A DNA stretch of 62,274 nt, counting the filler. It is 11 parts of 11 records of this genome, joined end to end, with 100 filler letters (N's around TTAATTAATTAA, not from the genome) between each part and the next. Parts side by side here need not be neighbours in the genome. Positions count along the whole stretch, not along the records: positions 52,606 to 59,121 come from SRR7504441_2469; positions 59,222 to 62,274 come from SRR7504441_2474; 9 more parts are not named here. One strand, given 5' to 3'. Under the pieces are notes generated by a model, which worked only from the letters and a program-made list of their open reading frames with translations, was not told the origin of the DNA and did not search any database. Every line of letters starts with the position of its first letter. Position 1 is the first letter of the stretch. Below, in pieces: positions 53,126-62,274 of this stretch. Position numbers and translations under genes: made by a program.

Positions 53126-54918
53126 CTAATTCCCGATGCCCATCTCTGCCAAGAGCTTTTGCAACCGTTTGCAAATCACTGTCTCTCGCGCCTCTGCTGG
53201 GAACGAATTGACACAACCTAGCAAATGTTTCTTCGCTGCCTTCTCTTGGCTGGTGAGCAGCTGCTCATATTTCTTGTCCAAGATAAAACTAGAGCTCGAC
53301 AAGCCGTCGCTGGCAGCCAGAAAACCCATGTAATCAAGGAAGATGGCCTGCATCCGGGCCGCGGATGCAAAGTCGAATGTAGAGCCGTCCTCTGGAGGAG
53401 GGAGCATCCCAATCAGTTGCATCCGGTCCTGCCAGAGCTCCTTCATCATCATGTTCTCGTCCAGCATCAGGGCCGTTGCATGATCCCTCGTCCGGTCGCC
53501 CATGGTCTGGTGCACCTGGGACGCGTAATCAGCACAGCCACCGGCACAAAACCACCGCGTGGACGATCTTGTGGAAGTTGGCATCACTCAGAGAAAAGCC
53601 AAGAAACAGCACATGCTTGGTGATTAACATTGCCTGTCTCCAATCAACATAGCGCGGCTGCCGGCTAGACCTGCACAATCCCAGCCATGGCCTCACACTT
53701 ATTGTGATAGTCCATATAATCCTCGCGCGTGATCACGATGCTGAGCGGATCCGTGACACACCCATGCATCTTCAACAGCCACTTGTTGCAGCCCTCCACT
53801 GGCGAACAAGGCAGCACTGAGATGCTCTGCCGGTCATCCCCGGCGCCTGACATCACGGCCTGTTCAAAGAGCTGGTCGTAGTTTGTCGTGATTGCGTTGA
53901 GCTTTTTACCAAACATGGAAGCGAGCAGCGCATGCTTCAGAGAGAAGAATTTCGCCTGCGAGAGCATCTGTGAGATTTCATAGTTGAACGCCTCGTGCGA
54001 GTCCGTGTTGTGCTGCAGCCTATTCTTGAGCACAGTGGCCTGATCTAGCACGTCAAGCCTCTTGAGAGCCGCTCGCTCGTGCCCAGTGAGCTCGGCCTTA
54101 GTGGCCATAGCATCGAGCAACATCCTCCAGCTCGGCAGCCCACAGCCCATCGATATCCCAGCTCCTATGAATAGCACCAGCTGCTCTCTCACCAGCCAGC
54201 CCACCAGCCCCCGGGCCTGCTCCCTCAGCTCCGCTCCAAGCTCAGACCAGCTCCCCTCCGACCGTGCAAGCTGCACTGCCGAGTACAGCACATCGTCAGA
54301 GCCTGTCATAATCGCAATATCGTGCCCCGACCGGACGGCCCACGACTCCAGCAGCGGGAGCATGGCCGCCATCGCCCCGCCTATGTCTGTGGTCCGTGTG
54401 GCGCCGGCCACTACCATCCCGAGAAGGTGCCGGCTCCGGCCGAACAACGGCTCGCGGCGGCCAAAGTCCTCTTCTACCACCGTCAGCAGTTCATCGAGCA
54501 GCTCGGGCGGTGGATAGTCGTCCCCTATATTCACCAGATATGGCTGCGGCAGCTCGACCTCCTTGCCATGCCCCGCCGGCGGCCAGGGCTGAACCCGAAG
54601 CACCTTTGACCGACCGCTGCCAAAGCTCTCGGGCAGCTCACAGGCCAGGCTGAGCGGTCCGAGCCTCCGAGCCCCGGGCAGCTTATCATCCAGCTCCCAG
54701 CCGGGCTTGAGCCGCAGAGTCGAGTCCGGATTGATCCCGCAGGTGGCAATGTGTGCGTCGCAGGCCAGCTCGGCCACCGAGCCCTTGGCGATGAACAGCC
54801 GGCCCGGGGAGCGATCGTGGAGCGGGCCCGGCTCGGACAGGTCGCAGGACCTTCGGCCCCAGCCGTCGTGCATCCGGGCTAGGTCCTCTCCGAGCCCATC
54901 AAGCAGAGTGCGGCGCAT
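53126..54918 (-). CDS. Bacterial-type SIR2_2 (NADase-like sirtuin) protein with N-terminal macrodomain-like region (3 exons)
   Basis: LFIGAGISMGCGLPSW, ITTNYDQLFE, WLLKMHG, IVITREDY. Introns 53634-53670 and 53516-53555 restore AGIVQAMLITKHVLFLGFSLSDANFHKIVHAV. N-terminal LFIAKGSVAELACDA resembles the start of a macrodomain. Confidence 0.85.
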
Positions 54919-54977
54919 CGCTTAGGGGCGGGAAGCCGGTGAAGCTAGCCGTTACTCCGCCACGGGCAACTGGAAGG

Positions 54978-56132
54978 ATGATGAGCTGGCAGCCGGTGCT
55001 TCTCGGGCTGCTCGCCGCCGCGCTCCGGACGACGGCCTCGGCGCCCAGGATCACCGACCTGTTTGTGCCGTCGGATCGCTACCCCTGCTTTCGCCAACCG
55101 GTGCTGATCGCTGCCGGAAACACGCTGATCGCTTTCGCCGAGAACCGGAACGTTAGCGCCTGCTCGCCGGCGGCCGACCTCCAGGCCCCGCTGGAGGTGG
55201 GCAGCCTGCTCTACCGGCGGAGCACGGACGGGGGCGTGAGCTGGGGTGAGGTCACCAGCCTGTACTTCCACCCCGGACTTAACATCGACTTCCTCACGGC
55301 GGTCGCCGACCCGGTCCGGCGGACCGTTTGGCTCATGCTCCAGCAAGCCGGCACAGTGGTGGTGTTCCAGTCGGCCGATCTCGGGCGCAGCTGGACCGGC
55401 CCGCGCGATCTGTTTGAGCATTGGAACGTGGCCAGTCCATGGCCCGACCTGCCGACGACCAGCCTCAAGCCCGGATGCGCTCACGGGATTCGTATTCGGC
55501 CTGAGCTCTGCCGTGGAGGGCAGTGCGCTCAGGCCGGCCGGCTGGTGGTGCCGTTTGTGGCGACCAACACGAGCGTCTCAGGCAATCATAGCGACCAAGC
55601 GTGCAGCAGCTGTCTCGGGACTAATTTGTTTACAGATGACGGCGAGACCTGGCAGATGGGGGGGCTCGGCCCTCCTGGCAGCAGGGAAAGCTGGTTGGCT
55701 CAGCTGCCGAGCGACTCGCACGACGCCGAGCTGGCGGTAAACCTGCGCAACATGGGCGAGCACCCCGGGCGACGTTTGTCGGCCGTTTCCTCCGACGCTG
55801 GGACGAGTTACGGCCAGTATAGAGAGCTGGCAGAGCTGCGCGAGCCGGTGACGCCTCACTGGACCGGCGTGGTGGCTGGTGGCAACGCGATTGGACACCG
55901 GCTGCTCTTCAGTGGGCCAGCGGATCCGGCAGCGCGTGCGAATTTGACTGTGAGAGTGTCGGACGACGGAGTGACTTGGAGTGGTGGCAAGAGTTTGTGG
56001 GCTGGACCAGCTGGGTATAGCGATATGGCCGTACTCGAAGAGAGCGTGGCGGTAGTGTTTGAGAATGGCCGGAACCAGTTTGCCGAGAAAATCTCGGTGG
56101 CCGTGTTCAATCAAAGTTGGCTCAATGAATAA
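54978..56132 (+). CDS. Secreted GH33-like sialidase / BNR-repeat protein
   Basis: Signal peptide; FRQP (FRIP-like), AFAENR; five Asp-boxes (STDGGVSW, SADLGRSW, TDDGETW, SSDAGTSY, SDDGVTW); AGYSDM, VVFE. Confidence 0.88.
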   Translation: MMSWQPVLLGLLAAALRTTASAPRITDLFVPSDRYPCFRQPVLIAAGNTLIAFAENRNVSACSPAADLQAPLEVGSLLYRRSTDGGVSWGEVTSLYFHPGLNIDFLTAVADPVRRTVWLMLQQAGTVVVFQSADLGRSWTGPRDLFEHWNVASPWPDLPTTSLKPGCAHGIRIRPELCRGGQCAQAGRLVVPFVATNTSVSGNHSDQACSSCLGTNLFTDDGETWQMGGLGPPGSRESWLAQLPSDSHDAELAVNLRNMGEHPGRRLSAVSSDAGTSYGQYRELAELREPVTPHWTGVVAGGNAIGHRLLFSGPADPAARANLTVRVSDDGVTWSGGKSLWAGPAGYSDMAVLEESVAVVFENGRNQFAEKISVAVFNQSWLNE

Positions 56133-56292
56133 TAGATACGTAAATAATCTACTCGTACGGCAATGTTATGATAACAGTTATAAGCAGTTACGTATACGAC
56201 GTCCTCTTTGCCTCGTTTTTAAATGTACGGTAACCACAGATCGCACTACATCCTTCTCAGGTAATAATTAACTGAATTACTTGCAAGTTTAT

Positions 56293-58444
56293 CTACAAGT
56301 TTGCGATGTCAATCTCTTTGATGCTATCGGCGCACTTGAACCCGAAGACCTTCGCATAGAACAGCAGCTCGGCCTCAAGAGCTCTCTCGATGTTTTCGGC
56401 CTTGCGGAACCCGTGCTGCTCTCCTTCGAACATGATCATGCTGCATGGCACGCCCTGGCTGCGGACTGCCTCAAATATCATCTCAGACTGGTTCGGAGGC
56501 ACGATCTTATCCTCGTCGCCCTGCAAGATCAGGATCGGCGAGTTGAGCTTGTCCACGCTGTGGATCGGAGACCGCTCACGGTACACTTCACGCATGGCGG
56601 GATACGGTCCGATCAGGCAGTCAAGGTAACGACTCTCAAACTTGTGAGTCTCCTGAGCGAGCGCCTCCAGGTCGGACACCCCGTACTGCAACAGCATGAG
56701 CCTAGGCAAGCAGGCGGGAGGGGAGACCTTGGCACAGCCTGCTGCAAACACGTCCTTGAATGCGAGGCACGCCAGGGTGGTGAAACCGCCTGTTCGATGC
56801 TCAATCGCAGGCAGCTGCCCAGGACCTACCTGCGCTTCCACCGTCGATGCAAAGTCGGTTTGGATCGACCCAGCCCTTCTCGGCGCAAAAGGCAGCTCCG
56901 CAGCAGCAATCAGCCACATCCAGCACTCCCCAAAGCCCGTTGAGGCTCTTTCGGTACCGGCGGCCATATCCCTGCGACCCCCTGTAGTCGACATCCAGCA
57001 CCGCAATCCCCCGTGAGGTCCAGTACCCGATATCCAATCGGAACAGGGCGCTGGTGCCGGAGGTCGGGCCGCCATGGATTTTGACCAGACACGGCGGTTG
57101 CTCGCCTTGTAGGCCTTGGAACTCGGGGTTGCTCGGCTCATAGAAGAAAGCGTGCGCAGTGTCGCCCGGCTCACCATCCGAGGTCGGGAACTCGATAGCG
57201 CGCGGTGGCGGGGCCAGGAATCGCGGATCGAGCTCGGTGAAGAAGGACTCACGGACCACCGTCGCCTGTCCCGATTCCAACTCCAAAAGCCACACTGCTG
57301 GCGGCTGCTGCGTCGAGCCGCCGATCAGACCCACCACGCCTGGAGAGAGCACAGCGAACTCCGCCACGATTTGGGGCATCTGCGGGAGGTCAAGCTCTCG
57401 CCGCTCGCCTGAATCAATCGAGAGCTTGCTGAGCACCGATTGGCCGGCCCGGCACTCGAGGCACAACAGCGTGCCCGGCTCGAGCAGCTGGTAAGGCTGT
57501 GCCCCGAGCCGCCAGCCCTGACTAGGGGGGCAAAAGTCGTGCTCTGCTGCCAAGATGCACCGGGCGCTGCCAGGGGCGGCCAGCTCGGCGCAGTGCAAGT
57601 TGTAGAAGCCTGTGCTCAGATCTGAAAGATACACAATCTGGCTCGCGCTGCTCCAGGTTGGATGGAGAACACTCTCCGCCCCACCACTCGACATCAGCAC
57701 GGGCTCGCCCTCGGGCTGGCCAGCTGGGTCGATTTGCTGCACGTACACCGCTGTGTCGTCCCAGGGCATGCTCGGGTGGTTCCATCCGACGAAGCACACT
57801 GCTCGCCCATCCGGGGACACGCGAGGACTCGAATAGAAGTCCAGCCCAGACGCAATCACAGTCTGATCTCCCCCGGCCAGCGGCACCGCCACAACTTGGT
57901 TGACCACCAGCGCCGGCGACTGATGCTCCGTCTCCCTCACCATCACCAGCCGCCCCCGGTGCGAGTCCAGGCAGCCATCGGCATACCGGTACCCCGCATC
58001 GGCGGCGGTGAGCTCAGTGGCGATCTGCCCATCGGTCCGGCGCAGATGTTGCCCCACGAACTCCGAATAAACCACCTCTTTGTCCGACAGCGCCACATAT
58101 GCCGCCCCGCCGTACTCGTGCACTCTGGTCCGGCAGTTGGACGCCATGTCGGGGGTCAGCTCGGTAAGCCCGCCACTAGCCTGGTCGGGCAGAGCCACCA
58201 GCGCGTACCGGCCGGCCTCCTTGGGCCGGCCCTCGGTCCAGTACAGGGTGCCGTCCCGGCTCTGCAGCCCGCCCAGGGCGATCTTCCCGGCGGTCAGGTG
58301 GCTGGCTGACAGCTCAGAGCGCCAGCTGCCGTACGCCGCAGATGTGGGCGGCGCCTCAGTCGCTGCTGGTGACCCCCGGGCCTGGCGCAGCTGCTCGCGC
58401 AGCACTCGGCGCTCGGCGTCCGGCGAGAGAAGGTAGTTGGACAT
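56293..58444 (-). CDS. S9-family (acylaminoacyl/dipeptidyl aminopeptidase-like) serine peptidase
   Basis: [39 protein letters not shown], spliced GGSAGG nucleophile, [17 protein letters not shown]; two short introns. Confidence 0.93.
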
Positions 58445-58721
58445 GCTTCCTCGGGGGAGTCCACCAGGCGGTTGCGTTTGCCGTTAGACTCTGAAAGTGC
58501 CGTTGGAAGACTACGACCAGTGGTCCCCTGGAGAGTGGTACCCGGCCCGACTCATCTCACGGCTTCGACGGTGGACGTTCCCGGTCGGACCAGGCATCAG
58601 AGAGAGCGGGAGTTTGACCATGCCCCCGTCCACCGCGCACACCGAGCTCGAGCAACAGAGCGGCAAGGCGATGCCCAAGCTCCCACACTCGCCGAGTCAT
58701 CAATAGCTATTCCGCGTCCAC

Positions 58722-58849
58722 TGCATCGCTCCAGGTCCACCACCACAAACACCGGAATGTTGAATTCCACAGCACAGTCCCATTCGTACAGGCACCACTC
58801 GGAATGAAACGTCTCTCCATTCAGCAGCACCACCATGCTGGCGCACAGG
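58722..58849 (-). pseudogene. Isolated TIR (TIR_2-like) domain exon or fragment
   Basis: LCASMVVLLNGETFHSEWCLYEWDCAVEFNIPVFVVVDLE matches the TIR betaC-alphaC-betaD pattern (SxWCxxE...A...IP). It is preceded by a 37-nt GTAAG...GCAG intron (58850-58886). The rest of the domain was not found. Confidence 0.6.
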
Positions 58850-59121
58850 CTGCACAATATGACTATGTTGTGTGTCGGGTTCTTACTTGCAGCGACTTAA
58901 CATGTTATGTTTGCTATGTACTCCCAGTAGGCATTCCTCTCCTCACAATCATCATTGGCGTGTGTTTCGGGAACGTCATCTGTTGGTATGACTTATATGA
59001 GCAACTCCAATTCCAAGCACCCGTTGACTGGAATTGGCTCCCTCCATTCAATGATGTTAATTAAATGACCATTGCGCACTATTCTACGTCTTGCGTGCAA
59101 CAGCCGGTTTCGCTCAGGGAC

Positions 59122-59221
59122 NNNNNNNNNNNNNNNNNNNNNNNNNNNNNNNNNNNNNNNNNNNNTTAATTAATTAANNNNNNNNNNNNNNNNNNNNNNN
59201 NNNNNNNNNNNNNNNNNNNNN
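59122..59221. other. Artificial contig linker
   Basis: N44-TTAATTAATTAA-N44. Confidence 0.99.
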
Positions 59222-59301
59222 TCTAATCTAAATAAAGCTGAGATGAACGCCGCCTAGTACCATATGCTTGGTCACATATTTATTTTAATTAACATGCATC
59301 G

Positions 59302-60788
59302 CTAGGCAGCCATCAGCGCGTCTAGCACATTCCTCCTAATAGCTAGCGAGTCGCGCTGCTCCTCCGCCACCGCCCCCGACTGCAGCAACCGCTCGACCCG
59401 ATCGGCCTGCCCAGGATCCGCCCATCCCCCGAGTTAAGGCCACCTCCCTCTGTGGCCATTGGTTGCCGTTCGCCAAGGTGCGCCGAACTGCTTCAAGGTA
59501 GGTGGCCTCTACCGGTGGCGACATCTCCTGCAACGGAACAGTCTGATCATTGCAGCCGCTATCAGCCACTAAACGCGAACCAGCAATGATAATAGTACCA
59601 ATATAATAAACTCTATAATAAATGGTGCCACCTGGAGCGCTCGCAGCAGCTGCGCTTGCCTCCAGCCTTCGAGCTGTAGCATCCCTTTCACCAATAAATC
59701 AAGCTCAGGGTCTCGCCCGGCCTGTGCCCGTCCGGCCTCACCACCCGACCGCCGCCCCGGGCACACCATCCGCCCAAGCCGGCCCCCTAAGACACGGTGC
59801 AGCCCCGTCCTGTTGTTCAGCAGCTTCACCAACTCAGCAGCTGACCGCCCGCCCTCGTACGGCGCGCCCGGCTGTTGACCGGTGAGCACGCCCGGCCGTT
59901 CGAATTACCTGGGCGCCGTCCTCGAATAGAAGCAGGGTGGGGAAGGCGGTCACACCCTGCCGCTTGCACAATCCTGCAAGAGTAATCGAGCGTTTTGCAG
60001 ACAACTTCGGCGGGGTCACCGGAGGAGGCCTCGCAGTCAACTTCGGCCACTAGCACCTCGGGTTCCCTCCTGAAAGTCCGGGCGAGCTGTTGAGCTCAAT
60101 CAGGTTCGAATTCGAATTAATCTCACCAAATCGTAGTCAGCAGCCATCTTCTGACAATGCTCACACCACGGCGCAAAGAACTTCACAATACCAAACCGGC
60201 GACCCTCAAGCGCCTGCCCTCCATTAGACCCCCCCCCCGCCCCGCGCACCTGGTCCAGCCCTGCCCCGTCCAGCCGCGTCACCGCGCTCGCCGGCTGGAC
60301 CAGGTCCGTTAAATAAACTCAGTCGGGCGTGCGGCCGCACCTCGGGCAGCCGGCGGCTGAGCCCAGTTTTGCGGTTAACAAACTGGATGAAGTCAACGGC
60401 AGCCCGGCCCCCCACGTAGTCCTCGGCTGGCCGGCCGCCGCCCGGCAGCCACTTGATCGTTGGGAACCCGCGCACCTCGAACCTGCCGTTGGATCAACGG
60501 AATTCTATTTATATACAACTGCTCGCCCAGCTCCGGCTCAGCCTCCACGTCCACCACCCCGATCGTAACGGCCTCAGCCCCGGCGAAAGCGGTCGCCAGC
60601 TGCTTCCAGCCCGGCCGGAGCACAGCGCAGTGCCCGCACCTGCCGCGACGGTTACGGTTGGCCAACGGAAAGGGGCCGCGCCAGGGCGCCTCGAACAGCA
60701 CCAGGCCCGCCCGCCGGCCCTCGAGCACCGGCCCCAGGTCACCGGCCGCCGTCATCCCGAGCGCCAGCAGCCACCACCACGGATGCAT
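59302..60788 (-). CDS. Protein disulfide isomerase, a-a'-D (ERp38/ERp29-C type), about 10 exons
   Basis: Signal peptide; APW|CGHC (restored by GC-AG intron 60640-60681), VRGFPTIKW, YVGGR, FFAPWCEHC, FPTLLLF; D-domain end EADRVERLLQSG...IRRNVLDAL. Confidence 0.88.
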
Positions 60789-60839
60789 TGTTGCACAATA
60801 AAAAATAAAATAAAATAAATTCAAGTGCCACCTGGGCCC
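60789..60839. promoter_or_regulatory. Candidate 51-bp bidirectional promoter spacer with A-rich tract
   Basis: Lies between divergent ATGs 60788(-) and 60840(+); contains AATAAAAAATAAAATAAAATAAATT in otherwise GC-rich sequence. Confidence 0.55.
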
Positions 60840-61649
60840 ATGGAGCCAGTGGCAGCAGCGGAGGAGGAGGAGCTGTGCAACTGCGGGCCCCAGTGCGGTC
60901 CGTTGGGGTGTGAGTAACGGCACCGGCCAGGTGCTGCTGCTTCCACCTGCTCTGCTGCGAGTTCTCTGGCGGCTCGTTCAGCAGCGGACTCTGCTGTCCC
61001 GCCGCCACGGTCCGCCCAACTGCCGGCTCGGCGAGCCCAACGGCCGCAGTGTGACGCCCCGGGCTGCATCGACGCCTGCTGCTGCGCGTGCACCATGCTC
61101 AACCCCAACTGCACCTTCTGCACCGTCTTTCAACGGAAGAACGACTGGATGGCGATGCGGGAACCCGAACCGGTGGAGGAAGGTGAGGAGCCTGCCGGCA
61201 ACCGACGGGACGACCGGGACGGCTCGGACTGCGCGGTGCGCCCGTTGACGGCTGCCGTTGGAATAACGGACGCTCCCGGCGCAGGTGGAGCTGTTTTTGG
61301 CCTGGTGCGCGCTGCCGTGCTGCTTCTGCGCCCCCGCCCTGATCAACTTCACGCACGAGGTCCCAGCCCAACGGAATCCAACGGAAACCAACGGACAGGG
61401 CGACGACGATACGCTGCGTACGGCGTTCCGGGGGATGTTTGAGCCGCCGATTGTCGACGACGACTGGGACGGTGGGCGGCCGCTCCTGTGGCGCTGAGCC
61501 GGCGGGCAGCGTGCGCCGGGTGGCGGCGGCCGGTGCGCTATAAATAGAAAGGAACGGACAGGTGCTGCTGCTTCCCGTGCTGGCCGAGTCTGTTCTCGGC
61601 GCAGCTTCACAGGGAGCTCCGGGCGGCCGGCTGGTGTGAAATGTTATGA
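60840..61649 (+). CDS. PLAC8-like cysteine-rich protein (about 6 exons)
   Basis: Spliced model: MEP...CNCGPQCCCFHLLCCEFSGGSFSSGLCC...CIDACCCAC...WCALPCCFC...LRTAFR...ACAGCCCFPCWPSLFSAQLHRELR. The FSSGLC start and CC..C...Q..REL end are PLAC8 signatures. Alternative stop at 61674. Confidence 0.68.
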
Positions 61650-62274
61650 ATTGAATCGCAGGTGCACGGGCTAATTAAACACCCGGACTGGATGCTCTAC
61701 TGCGCCGAGATCGGGTGGAAAGCCGTTGGGGTAACGGAATTACCGTTGGGACAGCTGCTGCACCCGGCGGAGCGACGTGCTGTCGTTTGAGGCAGCGATG
61801 GTGGGTCGAGCGGGACAGAGGGAGGGTTAGTTACGGGCGTTGCAGGCTGAGTTTGAGGCCCGAGAGGCTGAGCTGGAGGGGAGCCAGATCAGGTGCACCA
61901 TCGGAGGTGTCACGCTATTATTATTAGTGTGACACTGTGACAGGCACGCCCGTCACTGTGCTGGACTCGTTCAGACTGGCCACGCTGCTTGCCCAGCTGC
62001 CGTACACTGAGGGCTCAACCCAGACGGCTCAGATACGTCTCGGCGAAGACTCGGTCGCTGTGGGGGAGCAGCGGGAATGCCAGCAGACGCTGAAGCAGCT
62101 GGCGGTGCGGGGCGGTCATCAACTGGCTGAGTTGATTATCAGGTGTGTAACGGGACACTTCTAGAGATCGATGGCGCCGCACTCGGCTGCGAACCGGTCA
62201 TGCTCAAACTAGACGCGCCGCAACGACCCAGCCAGGGTGGGCTATATTTAGACTTCCGTTGGGAGCGGCGGGGC

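Noticed and set aside
3678-59221. Regularly recurring TTAATTAATTAA flanked by N runs, superficially like a repeat array
   Set aside because: Identical 100-nt artificial linkers with six-frame stops. Not biological, and ORFs ending in 'XXXLIN' are artefacts.
1-62274. Reading the helicases, NRPS, SIR2 and TIR as one defence island or operon
   Set aside because: They lie on different concatenated contigs (only SIR2 and TIR share one), and the genome is eukaryotic with no operon signals.
61675-62274. Short ORFs at the window end, and at 14769-14892, 40290-40434 and 52606-52877
   Set aside because: Contig-edge fragments with no recognisable motif; not enough evidence to call.
1-62274. rRNA, tRNA, CRISPR arrays, transposases, viral hallmark genes
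   Set aside because: None recognised by eye; a covariance-model scan would be needed to exclude small RNAs.

Overview
This is not a prokaryotic locus. It is 11 unrelated contigs from a compact, GC-rich eukaryotic genome (probably a heterotrophic protist MAG; the taxon cannot be fixed from this window). The contigs are joined by ten artificial 100-nt linkers (N44-TTAATTAATTAA-N44), so adjacency across a linker means nothing. Genes are broken by many very short spliceosomal introns (mostly 35-46 nt), which is why the ORF track is fragmented; I rebuilt about 33 gene models by eye. Genes mostly alternate in strand, with tiny GC-rich head-to-head spacers and AT-rich tail-to-tail spacers. Recognisable products: RCC1/coiled-coil protein, ZNFX1-like and Sen1-like helicases, CRAL-TRIO, ankyrin proteins, NRAMP, a DMT transporter, KNL1/Spc7, a histidine phosphatase, PDI, an S9 peptidase, an MCCase-beta C-terminus, a PLAC8-like protein and several secreted glycosidases (GH78, GH116, DUF4091, BNR). 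Most notable: (1) a one-module NRPS-like enzyme with an Ebony-like adenylation domain and the architecture A-T-TE-PX, i.e. fused to a phosphoinositide-binding Phox domain; (2) an intron-containing, bacterial-type Macro-like+SIR2_2 NADase gene with a TIR-domain exon 3.8 kb away on the same contig (Thoeris-like parts); (3) mini-introns with degenerate donors, roughly one in ten being GC-AG; (4) start-to-start spacers as short as 37-83 bp. All splice models and domain calls are by eye and need RNA-seq and HMM confirmation.
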